Source: Aulosira sp. ZfuVER01 (GTDB lineage Bacteria; Cyanobacteriota; Cyanobacteriia; Cyanobacteriales; Nostocaceae). From it: a stretch of 64,000 nt of DNA. Under the pieces are notes generated by a model. The model was given only the letters and a program-made list of their open reading frames with translations. It had not been told where the DNA came from and did not search any database. The translations under genes were made by a program, and so were the position numbers. Positions 41,043 through 51,852 of this stretch are shown here, in pieces; the stretch's first letter is position 1; each line of letters opens with the position of its first letter. The DNA lies in contig JAVRCV020000071.1 in the NCBI GenBank assembly GCA_034530615.2, positions 96,001-160,000 on the forward strand. Reading direction: 5' to 3'.

Positions 41043-41618
41043 ATGCGCGTTGCAGTGATATTGAGCATAGCGATCGCAACCGTAACTGGAATTGCAGGAT
41101 ATACTTCACAATCGAGTCCAGCAATTCAGTTGCAAGATGGCACAGTATATTTTGCCGCACCGCCGCGCTTGGTTAGTGCAACTACTACCTTTAACGAAGT
41201 TTATGTCTGGGGTGCAACCTACTACTTTACTCTTAGCCTGCCAGAGAATGCCGGCGAACCACTGCAAAGAGTTACAATTAACCAGCGTGAGGGAGTAGAT
41301 TACATTCGCTTCGACCTGAAAAACACTGTTGCTTTTGCAGAGAATAGCTCCCATGCAAAACAGAAGCTAGCATTAAAAGATGCAACTAGCGATCGCAAAA
41401 CTCAAACCACATCACTAAGATTCGATCCACCAGTATCTCCGGGAACAACCATTACAATTGCCCTTCAACCTTGGCAAAATCCCAGCGTTGCGGGTGTTTA
41501 TTTATTTGGCGTCACAGCTTTTCCCGCAGGTGAAAAATCTCACGGACAATTTCTAGGCTTTGGGCGACTAAGTTTTTACAGCCACGGTCACTCTATATTT
41601 TCACCTTTTGGGTGGTGA
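41043..41618 (+). CDS. DUF2808-family exported protein
   Basis: Signal peptide, F..PPRL, ATYYF, AGEPL, FDPPVSPG, NP..GVYLFGV and FLG.GRL. Confidence 0.8.
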   Translation: MRVAVILSIAIATVTGIAGYTSQSSPAIQLQDGTVYFAAPPRLVSATTTFNEVYVWGATYYFTLSLPENAGEPLQRVTINQREGVDYIRFDLKNTVAFAENSSHAKQKLALKDATSDRKTQTTSLRFDPPVSPGTTITIALQPWQNPSVAGVYLFGVTAFPAGEKSHGQFLGFGRLSFYSHGHSIFSPFGW

Positions 41619-41665
41619 TTGTAATTTGTCATTAGAAGCTGGAATGTACTTTCATTAAATCTCTT

Positions 41666-41691
41666 AATTTTGAATTTTGAATTTTGAATTG
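41666..41691 (+). repeat. STRR heptamer (AATTTTG)n
   Basis: AATTTTGAATTTTGAATTTTGAATTG. Confidence 0.7.
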
Positions 41692-41694
41692 ACA

Positions 41695-44280
41695 TTACTT
41701 CTCTTTAAAAGTCCAAACACCTTCATCCCAATCTGCATCTGATGGGGGTGATTCTATCCAATGTTGACAACGGCGCAGATGCAAAATAGCAGATTTGTCA
41801 TAACTATCAATGTCTAGAACTTTAGCAAACTCGGCTTGAGCCAAGCTAAATTGGCGATTTATATAATACTCGCGTCCTTTGTGATAGCGCTCAATCACTT
41901 CTAGTTTTTGGCTACTAATGGGATCGGAACGCAAACTTAAGAGTTCATAAATAGCTACTGGCTCATTTCTACCTTTAACACGAATATAATCTAATTCCCT
42001 TGCCCAAATATTATTACGGCAAGGTTTATAAGTGTTATCGCTAATAATAATGTCACAACCATATTGTTTGCTGACACTTTCTAGGCGAGAGCCGAGGTTA
42101 ACACCATCACCGATGGCTGTAAATTCCATTCTTTTACTGGAGCCAATATTACCGCTGATCACAGTATCAGAATTAATCCCGATACCAATGTTAATTCTTG
42201 GCTTATTGCTAAGGTAGCGACGTTGATTAAAATCGTGCAATCTATGGCGCATTTCTAAAGCTGTTTGCACTGCCATCCAAGCGTGTTCTTCTAATGGTAA
42301 AGGAGAACCAAACACAGCCATGATGGCATCGCCAATATATTTATCCAGAGTACCTTTATGTTTAAAAACTGCCTCTACCATTGATTCAAAATATTCATTG
42401 AGCATACTCACAACTTCTTCAGCTTCTAGATTTTCGGTTAAAGTTGTGTAGCCACGAATATCAGAAAATAGAATCGAAACTTCTTTGCGATCGCCTCCTA
42501 ATTTAGCATCATCTAACTTCAGTAATTCTTCTGCTAATTCTTGGGTCATGTAGCGATACATGGTACTTTTTAGGCGCTTTTCATCGCTGATGTCTTCCAT
42601 GACAACTAATGCGCCACTGACTTGTTTTTGATCGCTAGCATCAGCAATTGTATTAATCGACAAATTTATACTGTGCTGTTCTGTGCCAGGAGTTAAAAGA
42701 GTGCGATCTGGGTAATATTGCTGTCGGTGTTTAAAATCTGCCGCATTTAAAGCATTCTCACACCATTTACTAAAATTACCTTCTTTAATAGTGATGACAT
42801 CTTGAATAGATAGACCTTCCAATCGGTCTTGTTCTTTTAAATCTAACAAGCGTTTAGCACTTTCGTTTGCCGCAATAATTAACCCAGCTTTATCAGTAGA
42901 AATTACACCATTAGAAAGGCTGCGCAAAATATCGCGCTGCATTTGTTCTTGTTGCTTAACTGTGGCAAATAACTGAGCATTTTGCAGCGCTACTCCTGCT
43001 TGAATATTAAAAGCTTCCATAAACTCTTCATCGTTATGATCGAAACTTGCTTGGAAGCATTCCGGAGCTTTTGGCCAAAGAGAATGATCGTAAGGTGGAA
43101 AATCCCCTGATTTTTTTTTATTGACTAACTGGGTAACGCCAATTAATTGCCGATCGGCATTAAACACTGGCATACAAAGTAAGCTACAGGTACGAAAGCT
43201 CGTTTCTTGGTCAATTTTTTTAGCTGTCTCCGAATCTGGATGGTCATACAAGTCAAAAGGAATATTGAGTTTTTTACCCGATGCAGCTACTATGCCCGCA
43301 AAGCCTTTACCTATGGGAACTCGCAATTCTTTTGTTGTACCATCATCTTGAGTAATCTTTGTCCATAAATCTTGGCGATCGCGATCTATTAACCATAAGG
43401 TACTGCGATCGGCATTCATGAGTTCTTTGGCTTCTGCCATTACCCTTTTTAGGGTATCTTCTAAGTCAAGATTGCTTTGCGACAGCGACTTAATCGCTTT
43501 CATTAATGCTGCGGCTGCTCTTTGTTTCTGGGTTGCTACGTAAAAAGAGCGCGATGATTCTAAAATTAAGCGAATTGATGGTGCAAATTCTTGAAATAAT
43601 TCTTCGTCCGCGTGAGTAAAGCCTTTGGTATCAATTCGGTCTGCAATTGGTGCATCTAGAGTATGTATAGGTTTTAATTTATTCAGTAATTGTACTACCG
43701 CCACTAATTGTCCTTGTTCATTCAACAATGGCAAAGCCAGCATTGTATATGTACGGTAGCCAGTAATTTTTTCTTGTTCCCGCGCAAAGACAGAACGGGG
43801 GTCTTGATAAAAATCATAAGGAATATTGATGACTTTTTTGAAAGTTGCAACTTCCCCAGCAATTCCTTTATCTGCGGGAATGCGAATTTCTAAAGAGCGA
43901 TCGCCTTCCCCCTCAGCTAAAATTGACCATAGTTGTTGCTTTTCTTCATCCAATAAAAAGATTGTAGTGCGGTCTGCACCTAGTAATTCTCCTGTTTTTA
44001 AAGTAATCGAATGCAACATTTCTTCGAGGATTGTGTCAAACCCATGAGAATCTAGTCTTGACAAAGTTTGATGAACAATCTGTAATTTCTGTTCGACTTC
44101 TTTAACAACTTGTTTAAAAGTTTCCTGAGTTAAGGGAGCCAGAAAAGAAGAAATAGTGCCTTGTCTTTTTGCCAGCGCACCTACAGGAGCAACATTCTCT
44201 TGTGAATAGCCATTTTCTGGATTGCGAACCCCAATAATTAAATCGGCAGTCTCATCAATACTAGGTTGATGCGATGACAT
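41695..44280 (-). CDS. cyaB2: Adenylate cyclase, GAF-GAF-PAS-cyclase (CyaB2-like)
   Basis: Tandem GAFs with NK..F..DE motifs, a PAS domain, FSDIRGYT, DKYIGDA and GDGVNLGSRLES. The N-terminus resembles Anabaena CyaB2 as recalled. Confidence 0.88.
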   Translation of the reverse strand: MSSHQPSIDETADLIIGVRNPENGYSQENVAPVGALAKRQGTISSFLAPLTQETFKQVVKEVEQKLQIVHQTLSRLDSHGFDTILEEMLHSITLKTGELLGADRTTIFLLDEEKQQLWSILAEGEGDRSLEIRIPADKGIAGEVATFKKVINIPYDFYQDPRSVFAREQEKITGYRTYTMLALPLLNEQGQLVAVVQLLNKLKPIHTLDAPIADRIDTKGFTHADEELFQEFAPSIRLILESSRSFYVATQKQRAAAALMKAIKSLSQSNLDLEDTLKRVMAEAKELMNADRSTLWLIDRDRQDLWTKITQDDGTTKELRVPIGKGFAGIVAASGKKLNIPFDLYDHPDSETAKKIDQETSFRTCSLLCMPVFNADRQLIGVTQLVNKKKSGDFPPYDHSLWPKAPECFQASFDHNDEEFMEAFNIQAGVALQNAQLFATVKQQEQMQRDILRSLSNGVISTDKAGLIIAANESAKRLLDLKEQDRLEGLSIQDVITIKEGNFSKWCENALNAADFKHRQQYYPDRTLLTPGTEQHSINLSINTIADASDQKQVSGALVVMEDISDEKRLKSTMYRYMTQELAEELLKLDDAKLGGDRKEVSILFSDIRGYTTLTENLEAEEVVSMLNEYFESMVEAVFKHKGTLDKYIGDAIMAVFGSPLPLEEHAWMAVQTALEMRHRLHDFNQRRYLSNKPRINIGIGINSDTVISGNIGSSKRMEFTAIGDGVNLGSRLESVSKQYGCDIIISDNTYKPCRNNIWARELDYIRVKGRNEPVAIYELLSLRSDPISSQKLEVIERYHKGREYYINRQFSLAQAEFAKVLDIDSYDKSAILHLRRCQHWIESPPSDADWDEGVWTFKEK

Positions 44281-44600
44281 AATGAGCTTTATATATAGTG
44301 GTTATATTTTAGAAATGTTATTTAACTGTTGCTATCTGCAACAATCTCTAGACATTATCCACAGTTTAATCTGTTGTTGAGCTAGCGTCATCCTGTAGAA
44401 AACTGGGTGAAATTAATAATTTATGATTCCAACTCTGCTGCTGTAAAGTTATTTCCACGGTTGTATGCCTCTTCCGATCTGCTAAAGGGTTGGTAATTAG
44501 CAAAATTTCAGTCAATTTTGTCGGTCATCTTCGTTCTCCGAAATTTAACGACAATCAAGGAATACCCTAATTCAGGCTAACTGTAAAGAGATTCTCCTGA

Positions 44601-44716
44601 TATAGCAATCCGATTTGATTCATAAACTTACTCGTAAGCACAGAGAACAGGAAAAAAGAAAAACAAGGGAATTCGATTTATACGGAGTAATTTACAAAAA
44701 TCAAATAGTAGTCTTA
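44601..44716. mobile_element. Degenerate MITE-like element
   Basis: TATAGCAATCCGATTTGATT ... AATCAAATAGTAGTC imperfect terminal inverted repeats. Confidence 0.45.
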
Positions 44717-45033
44717 AGATTCATTTAAGTATAGATAAAAACATTATGGGTATTAGTAGCTCAAGTGCAATGTCTAACGACAAGCTGCTTTAAATCTAAA
44801 CAAACTTCGCAGATATGACCTCTAGATTGATAAGACTTGTGAAAGTCGTGTATCCATAATTCCCACAGAGCTTACTCAATTAACAGTTCCCAGTTTACTT
44901 GAAGTTTTGTAACAAATTTAGCGTACTGCATAAAAACTAGAGAAGAGATCGATATATATGCGGAGACATTGAATATACATCAACAAAGTCCCCAACGTTA
45001 TAGTTTCATCTTTTCCCAGAGGTAAATTTGCAG

Positions 45034-45219
45034 ATGCTGCACACATTAGAGCGCCCACGCACCTTAGTCAAAAGTACTTATACTCCACCCAATCCCAAAC
45101 CTTTATTACCTGACCTAGATCCACCATCGAAAACTACCCAAACTGAAGAAGTGTCTGAGCCTAGCGAAACAGAAACATCTCAGCCTAGCGAGACTGAAGA
45201 ATCTTCAGCGTCAGAGTAA
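45034..45219 (+). CDS. Small Pro/Ser/Glu-rich hypothetical protein (61 aa)
   Basis: GAGGT upstream, and an internal SEPSETE/SQPSETE repeat. Confidence 0.5.
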   Translation: MLHTLERPRTLVKSTYTPPNPKPLLPDLDPPSKTTQTEEVSEPSETETSQPSETEESSASE

Positions 45220-45336
45220 ATACTCATCTAACTTCAATCAGGGTCAACTACCAGGTACAATAGATTGCGAAAGCCTTACCAGACGCTAGTAATAGCGTTT
45301 TTTTTGGTCGTTCTTGAGCAGAGGCAAATTCTGGAG

Positions 45337-47790
45337 ATGGCTCAAATTAGCAAAGGTTGTGCTTGGCAACTGGGCTTAACAAATGTTGGGGGGTTGACCT
45401 TTGGCATTGGGTTTTTGATGACAAATCCGGCATTTGCCCAGAGTGCCATTACTCCCGATGATAGTCTCGGCAATGAGAGAACTCAAGTTATCCAAAACTA
45501 CCTTGGTGGGGCTACGGAAGCGATCGCAGGCGGAGCAACTCGCAGTAACAATCTGTTCCACAGTTTATTAGAATTTAACGTTAGTGAAGGACGTTCAGCA
45601 GTTTTCTTAAGTCCTAACAGTAGTATTCAAAATATTTTAGTGCGGGTTACTGGTAATAACCATTCTGAGATTTTGGGCAAACTTGCTACTCTTGGTTCTA
45701 ATGCCAACTTATTTTTGATTAACCCCAATGGTGTATTTTTTGGCGCAAATGCCACACTCGATATTGGTGGTTCATTTGTCGCTAGTACAGCAAACAGCAT
45801 CCAATTTGCTGATGGCACAAATTTTAGCGCCACTACTCCCCAAACCACACCTCTACTAACAGTCACTACACCAATTGGGTTGCAATTCGATCGGGCTGGG
45901 GGAGAGATTAATCATTACGGAGCTTTAGAAGTCACCCCTGGTAAGACTTTAGCTCTAGTAGGCGGTAACATTAACCTGAATGGGAACGGTAAATTAGAAG
46001 AGAACCGTCGAACTCTCAAAGCTTTAAGCGGACAAATCGCTGTCGCTGGAATCTCAGGAGTAGGGACAGTAGGAATTAACCTCGATAGCCAAAACCAGCC
46101 TTTAACTATTCCCAGTAATATTACACCAGCAGATATATCACTGAAAAATCTAGTGGTCATCTTAGCCGATGGGCCAGGCGGTGGTTTTATTCAACTACAA
46201 GGTAGACAAATTAAACTTACTGATGGTTCTATAGTCCAAGCCGATACCCTAGGTAGTGAAAATGGTAGAGGTATTCTTGTTCAAGCAGAGCAATTAACTG
46301 TTCAAGACGGTTCCCAAATCAAAGCTGGTACTGTTCCCAAGTCAACAGGTTCCGGAGGAAGTTTAACTGTAAAAGCCACTGACTTTGTGCAAGTGAGTGG
46401 AACTATCCCTCAAGGTACACCCGATGTTGCTGGTTTCCCCAGTGGTTTATTCACTCAGACCTTTGGCGACGGCGCAGCAGGCCCGTTGACTATAGAAACA
46501 GGAAAATTAATTATTGAAGGTGGAGCTAACATAGCAACTAGTGCACGGCAGGGTAGAGGTAACGGAGGAACATTAAAAGTAACTGCCTCAGACTTGATTA
46601 AAATAAGTGGCGCTTCTTTTCTTGATTACCCTAGCGGCTTGTTTACTCAGACTCTAGATTTAGGAAACGCAGGTTCTTTGGAAGTTGACACCAGACAATT
46701 GATTGCCCAGGATGGAGGAGTGGTAACAGCTGGTACAGGCACGAATAGTCAAGGCAAAGGTGGAAACTTGACGGTACGTGCTTCTGAGTTTATCGAATTA
46801 AGTGGGCGATCGCCAATTGATAAAGACCCCAGTGGCTTATTTGCTCGCAGTCGTGGTAGTGGAGATGCAGGTTCCTTGTTTGTGACTACAGAACAGTTAA
46901 TTGTACGAAATGGGGCGCGAGTCACAGTAGAAGCCTTAGGTTCGGGAAATGCAGGTACATTAGCAGTTAACGCCCGTGAAATTCGTTTGGATAGACAAGG
47001 CGAATTAGTTGCGAAAACGATATCAGGTAATGGTGGCGATATTATTCTGCAACCACAGAATTTACTCCTGTTACGCAATAATAGTCAAATCTCAACTACA
47101 GCAGGTACTGCTGGTGGTGCTGGCAATGGTGGTAATATCACCGTTAATACTCCTGATGGCTTTATCGTAGCTGTACCTGAGGAAAATAGCGATATCACAG
47201 CTAACGCTTTCACAGGTGCCGGCGGTAGAGTTGCAATCAATGCTTTTGGAATTTTTGGGCTAGAACAGCGCAGTCGAGAAGACTTAGTGGCACTTCTAAA
47301 TACCAACAACCCAACTAAACTAGACCCGCAATTGTTACCTAGTAACGACATCACAGCAATTTCTCAGACAAACCCAACTTTAAGCGGCGTGGTCACTATC
47401 AATACACCGGATGTTGACCCAAATAGCGGTTTAGTCAACTTACCAACTCAACCAGTAGACTTAAAAGTAGCTCAAACTTGTAGAGCGATCGCAACTAACA
47501 ATAAAAGCAGTTTTAGTGTAACTGGACGTGGTGGCATACCTTCCAGCCCGACAGAAACGCTTAATAATGAAGCTGTTCTAGCAGATTGGATTGCTTTAGA
47601 TGGAGTCCGTCAAACCTCTGCGCAACCAACTGTCAACCAAAATTCCACTAAGCCTGATTCCACAAAGATTGTAGAAGCTACAGCATGGGCGATAAACCCC
47701 AAAGGAGAGGTAGTTCTCACCGCGAATAAATCCAATTTGATAGGGCAAAATTCTTGGAACAAGCCAACTGACTGTAGTAAATCTCAATAA
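45337..47790 (+). CDS. Filamentous-haemagglutinin N-terminal domain (TpsA-like) exoprotein
   Basis: Signal ending AFAQ, NLFHS..EFNV, LFLINPNG, beta-helix repeats and a cyanobacterial C-terminus (GRGG.P, IVEA..W). The likely start is ATG at 45337. Confidence 0.9.
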   Translation: MAQISKGCAWQLGLTNVGGLTFGIGFLMTNPAFAQSAITPDDSLGNERTQVIQNYLGGATEAIAGGATRSNNLFHSLLEFNVSEGRSAVFLSPNSSIQNILVRVTGNNHSEILGKLATLGSNANLFLINPNGVFFGANATLDIGGSFVASTANSIQFADGTNFSATTPQTTPLLTVTTPIGLQFDRAGGEINHYGALEVTPGKTLALVGGNINLNGNGKLEENRRTLKALSGQIAVAGISGVGTVGINLDSQNQPLTIPSNITPADISLKNLVVILADGPGGGFIQLQGRQIKLTDGSIVQADTLGSENGRGILVQAEQLTVQDGSQIKAGTVPKSTGSGGSLTVKATDFVQVSGTIPQGTPDVAGFPSGLFTQTFGDGAAGPLTIETGKLIIEGGANIATSARQGRGNGGTLKVTASDLIKISGASFLDYPSGLFTQTLDLGNAGSLEVDTRQLIAQDGGVVTAGTGTNSQGKGGNLTVRASEFIELSGRSPIDKDPSGLFARSRGSGDAGSLFVTTEQLIVRNGARVTVEALGSGNAGTLAVNAREIRLDRQGELVAKTISGNGGDIILQPQNLLLLRNNSQISTTAGTAGGAGNGGNITVNTPDGFIVAVPEENSDITANAFTGAGGRVAINAFGIFGLEQRSREDLVALLNTNNPTKLDPQLLPSNDITAISQTNPTLSGVVTINTPDVDPNSGLVNLPTQPVDLKVAQTCRAIATNNKSSFSVTGRGGIPSSPTETLNNEAVLADWIALDGVRQTSAQPTVNQNSTKPDSTKIVEATAWAINPKGEVVLTANKSNLIGQNSWNKPTDCSKSQ

Positions 47791-48029
47791 TTGGGCATGG
47801 GGCATTTGTCATTTGGTCTTCTGTTCTTCATCCCCCTTGTCCCATGTCTCCCCACACTTCCCACACTTCCCACACTCCCTTTTCCCCCGACTACCTTCTG
47901 ACACGAGCTACACTGCTACACACTTGTGAAATGATGGACTTAATCAGCTTTTTGATGGCTATAAGAGCATAGAATTACAAGTTCTTCGATCAAGTAGCCG
48001 CCCTGTAGATGATGTAAAGAGAGGTATTT

Positions 48030-48383
48030 ATGAACTGGATTAAGGTTCTTGCTGAAAATGAACTACCACCGAATGAGCGCAAAGTGGTGAAAGTAGAAAA
48101 ACGCGCTATCTTACTAGTTCGCCATAACAACCAAATTTACGCCTTAGAGAATTCCTGTCCTCACATGAAGCTACCTTTGCAGAAAGGTAAAATTACAGAT
48201 GATGGAGCAATTGTCTGTCCTTTCCACCGTAGCGCCTTTGACCTTTCTAGCGGTAATCCTACGGAATGGATTACTTTTCCTCCTGGGATTAACAAGGTGA
48301 TGGGTATGATTTCTAAGGAAAAAGCAATACCTGTTTTCCCCACCCGTGTGGAAGAAGGCAATATTTGGGTAGGTTTGCAATAA
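48030..48383 (+). CDS. Rieske [2Fe-2S] ferredoxin
   Basis: CPH...CPFH ligands and a GAGGT RBS. Confidence 0.9.
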   Translation: MNWIKVLAENELPPNERKVVKVEKRAILLVRHNNQIYALENSCPHMKLPLQKGKITDDGAIVCPFHRSAFDLSSGNPTEWITFPPGINKVMGMISKEKAIPVFPTRVEEGNIWVGLQ

Positions 48384-48406
48384 ATTACTGAAGCAAGGCA
48401 GATGGT

Positions 48407-48506
48407 GAGCCACTGCGGTGGACGGGTTTCCCGGCATAAAGGAGGCAGTGCGTTGGGCGGCTCTGCCGACTTGAAGCAACTGCCGTCAAGTGGCGAACCC
48501 GAAGGG
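48407..48506 (+). repeat. Self-nested ~45-nt miniature repeat element
   Basis: GAGCCACTGCGGTGGACGGGTTTCCCGGCATAAAG[GAGGCAGTGCGTTGGGCGGCTCTGCCGACTTGAAGCAACTGCCGT]CAAGTGGCG. Confidence 0.75.
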
Positions 48507-48659
48507 CAGAGGGCAGAAGGAAAGACAGGTAATTTTTGTTTTGAAGGTAGTCTTCTGTTCTCTGCCAGATGATTTAGAGTTTACGTTTGTACTCTCAACT
48601 CTGGAAACCAGAACACACAACTGACTTGTGAGTTTATTCATGGAAATATAAAAACATTA

Positions 48660-50948
48660 TCATTTAGGCATTTTTAAAACACTTTGAATCGTCTCTAGTA
48701 ATTTGTTAAGAGTATAGGGTTTCATTAAAAAAGCTTGCACACCAATACTATTAACTTCTAAAAGTTTGCAATTGGATGTGAATCCACTGATAGCAATAAT
48801 TTTGACGGAGGGATTTATTTGTTGTATGACTCTGGTCGCCATTAAACCATCTATTGACGGCATCTGTATATCCATCAAAACTACGCTGATGTCATCTTTA
48901 TACTTAGTGTAGAGAGAAATAGCTTCTACTCCATTACTAGCAGCGATTGCTTTGTAATTGTAGTCTCCTAATAATGTTTTAGTTACATCTTGAATTGATG
49001 TTTCGTCATCCACAACCAAAACTAATTCACCATTACCTCTAGGTAAATCGCAATAATCAGCTTCTTGTGTTGCCGATTGCTCAATAGCAGGCAAATAAAT
49101 ATTAAATTTACTACCTCTTCCTACCTCGCTATCTACTGTCATAAAACCACCGTGGTTTTTGACAATACCGATAACAGTAGAAAGCCCTAATCCAGTTCCT
49201 TTACCCAAATCTTTGGTTGTAAAAAAAGGTTCAAAAATTCGCTCCAAGAGATTTTTTGGTATGCCACATCCTGTATCTGAGACAGTAATTACAATATATG
49301 AGCCTACTTTCGCTTCCAAATTCATTCTGGCATAAGCTTCATCAACGAAAAAGTTGGCGGCGGAAATGCTGAGGATACCACCATCAGGCATGGCATCATA
49401 AGCATTGACACAGAGATTCATCAACACCTGATGTATGTAAGTTGGATCTGCCCAGATTGTTAAAAGATTTTGTGTTGGTATATTAGTACAGACTTCAATT
49501 GATTTGGGAAATGTACTGCTGACAATCTGCTCAATTTCCTTCAGCAGGTGTCTAATTTGTAAAGGAACCTGCTTACCTTGCGATCCTCGGGCAAAAGATG
49601 TAATTTGCTTGACTAATTCAGCACCACGTTTAGAGTTATCTTCCAAAATTTTCAGTAGTTGGCGATTTTTCTCATCCAGATTGGGAAGTTTACATAGCAG
49701 CAGTTGAGCAACTGTCAAAACGGGCGAGAGAATATTATTTAAATCGTGGGCAATACCGCTGGCTAAAATGCCAAGACTCTCTAAGCGTTGTGCGCGATGA
49801 AACTGTTGCTCCAGTAATTTTTTCTCTGTGATATCAGTATCAACGGTGAGGATAGATTGTGGTTGTCCGTCTTCTGAGTACATGAGAGTCCAGCGGCTAG
49901 AAACAATTAGTTCTTGCCCAGATTTCGTAATTTTATTGAGATCGCCACACCATTCCCCTTGCTCAACAACAGTTCTGAAAGCTTCTTCTATTTGCGATGA
50001 TATTTGTTGATACAAAAATTCGTGACAGTCTTTAGCAAGAATCTCTGCTGCTGTCCAGCCATACAACCGTTCAGCACCTTTACTCCAAAATAAGATTTCG
50101 TGCTCCAAATTGCGGACAAAAATTGCATCTGGCGAAATATCAATTAAGGCCGCTTGTTCGTGGATTTTCTGTTCTGCTTGTTTGCGTTCAGTAACATCTC
50201 TACCAACTGCTTGTAGCTCAATGACTTTCCCTTCCTGATTGCGGATAGCAGCAACCTCCCACTGCAACCAGCGGATACCGTTGACTGTGAATGCACGTTG
50301 CTCTCGTGTAGTTAAGCGATAAGGTGGCGATGTCAAGGCTTGAATGTTTGCCATGACATCAGGTAAATCTTCTGGATGAACAAACTGAAGTAGCCGCTGA
50401 CCGCGAAACTCATCTGGTTTAAAGCCGAAGATTTCCCCTGTAACTTTATTGGCAAAGGTCAACCGACCATTCAGATCCATGCGAATAATGAGATCGGTTT
50501 GGCTCTCAACTAATTTACGATAAAGCTTTTCGCTCTTCTCTAGCTGTTCAATCAGGCGCGTTTTTTCTAAAACTTTTTGAATTGCAAGGCGAAAACTTAC
50601 TGCTGTGATATTCTTTTTAATCAAATACTCAGCTGCACCGCTTTTCATGGCCTGTAATGCTATCTGTTCATTTCCCTGATCTGTCAGCATGATGACTGGT
50701 AGGTTTGTTAAATCCAATTGAATCTTTAAATCACTTAAAAACTCCAGCCCATCCATATCTGGCAGCAAATAATCTATAACAATTACATCAGGCAATTGCT
50801 GCTGACACAATAAAAGTGCCTGTTTACCAGTCTCCGCTTCTAAAATCTTATAAGTGCGTTGCTGATCTCGCAGCAGATAGCGTCGGTAGGTTTCTCGATC
50901 TTCTAAAGACTCATCAACGAGCAAAATTATTTGCAAAATATCAGCCAT
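48660..50948 (-). CDS. Hybrid sensor histidine kinase (REC-PAS-PAS-HisKA-HATPase-REC)
   Basis: IDYLLPD, two PAS/PAC domains, [20 protein letters not shown] and LMDIQMP. Confidence 0.92.
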   Translation of the reverse strand: MADILQIILLVDESLEDRETYRRYLLRDQQRTYKILEAETGKQALLLCQQQLPDVIVIDYLLPDMDGLEFLSDLKIQLDLTNLPVIMLTDQGNEQIALQAMKSGAAEYLIKKNITAVSFRLAIQKVLEKTRLIEQLEKSEKLYRKLVESQTDLIIRMDLNGRLTFANKVTGEIFGFKPDEFRGQRLLQFVHPEDLPDVMANIQALTSPPYRLTTREQRAFTVNGIRWLQWEVAAIRNQEGKVIELQAVGRDVTERKQAEQKIHEQAALIDISPDAIFVRNLEHEILFWSKGAERLYGWTAAEILAKDCHEFLYQQISSQIEEAFRTVVEQGEWCGDLNKITKSGQELIVSSRWTLMYSEDGQPQSILTVDTDITEKKLLEQQFHRAQRLESLGILASGIAHDLNNILSPVLTVAQLLLCKLPNLDEKNRQLLKILEDNSKRGAELVKQITSFARGSQGKQVPLQIRHLLKEIEQIVSSTFPKSIEVCTNIPTQNLLTIWADPTYIHQVLMNLCVNAYDAMPDGGILSISAANFFVDEAYARMNLEAKVGSYIVITVSDTGCGIPKNLLERIFEPFFTTKDLGKGTGLGLSTVIGIVKNHGGFMTVDSEVGRGSKFNIYLPAIEQSATQEADYCDLPRGNGELVLVVDDETSIQDVTKTLLGDYNYKAIAASNGVEAISLYTKYKDDISVVLMDIQMPSIDGLMATRVIQQINPSVKIIAISGFTSNCKLLEVNSIGVQAFLMKPYTLNKLLETIQSVLKMPK

Positions 50949-51852
50949 TGCTCCCTCCGGGAATCTACCTAAAAATTAAAGCGAGCTAGCAAGATCGAAA
51001 ATGCGATCGCCATTTCCTTACTACTTCAAAAGAAAGCTTTGGTTTACCTGTGTTAACATCACCTGCGTATGAGAACACAGATGTAAAAATATTTTGAACA
51101 ATCATGTAGGCTCGATTACTACATGGTTCATATCGCATCTACTAGAAAACTTGTCGTCAAGACTGAGGCAAATACGGGGAAATGCACAGATGCAGTGAAA
51201 TTTTATGGAGAAAAATTAGACAGACATGATATGAACTATTAGTTCAGAAGCGATCGCTTGATTGAGTTCGTTGCAAAGGAAGTCTACACACAGCAATGAA
51301 TCGGAGTGGTTTAACTTACTTGTAATATAGATCAACTGACTCTGTATTTAAAATCAAGGCTGAGGAGTAGGGATTAATGTATTAAGTTCCTCCCTTAGGT
51401 AGATTTAAATTCAATTTACGCAAAAATTTTGAGAATCTTGTGAGGATGAATATTATTTAAAGTTTTTTTGGCTGAGATGTCAGATTAATTCTGCATATAT
51501 AAAAATTAATTTCAATATGTGAGCGAATTTATACGAATAGGGAGCGATCGCAGAATCGCCCCAGAAGGACACGAAAAGATTTTCTAATGTCAAAGTGTCC
51601 CTGTTTTATGAGATTATGTCTCCAACACTACAAATTTTCCTAAATTTTCTGGCTTACGTACCAGCTAAGTAGTTTTTTTACAAATTAATCAAGTCTTTAC
51701 TCTGAGAACACAAAGATACATTGGGCACTAATGACGATTAGCTACGTCAATGATTTTAGATTGCTGAGTCTGCTTCAGTTCGTCTGAGGTCAAGATTTCA
51801 ATGCACAGGGGAATGCATAACTACCAGTTAACTAATTCTCTAGTAAGCATAA

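Noticed and set aside
40662..41058. 92-aa and 103-aa ORFs from the track
   Set aside because: They are open frames produced by the GC-rich nested repeats.
44355..44363. Perfect DnaA box TTATCCACA as a sign of oriC
   Set aside because: It is a single box with no cluster and no dnaA/dnaN nearby, and one copy is plausible by chance in a window this size.
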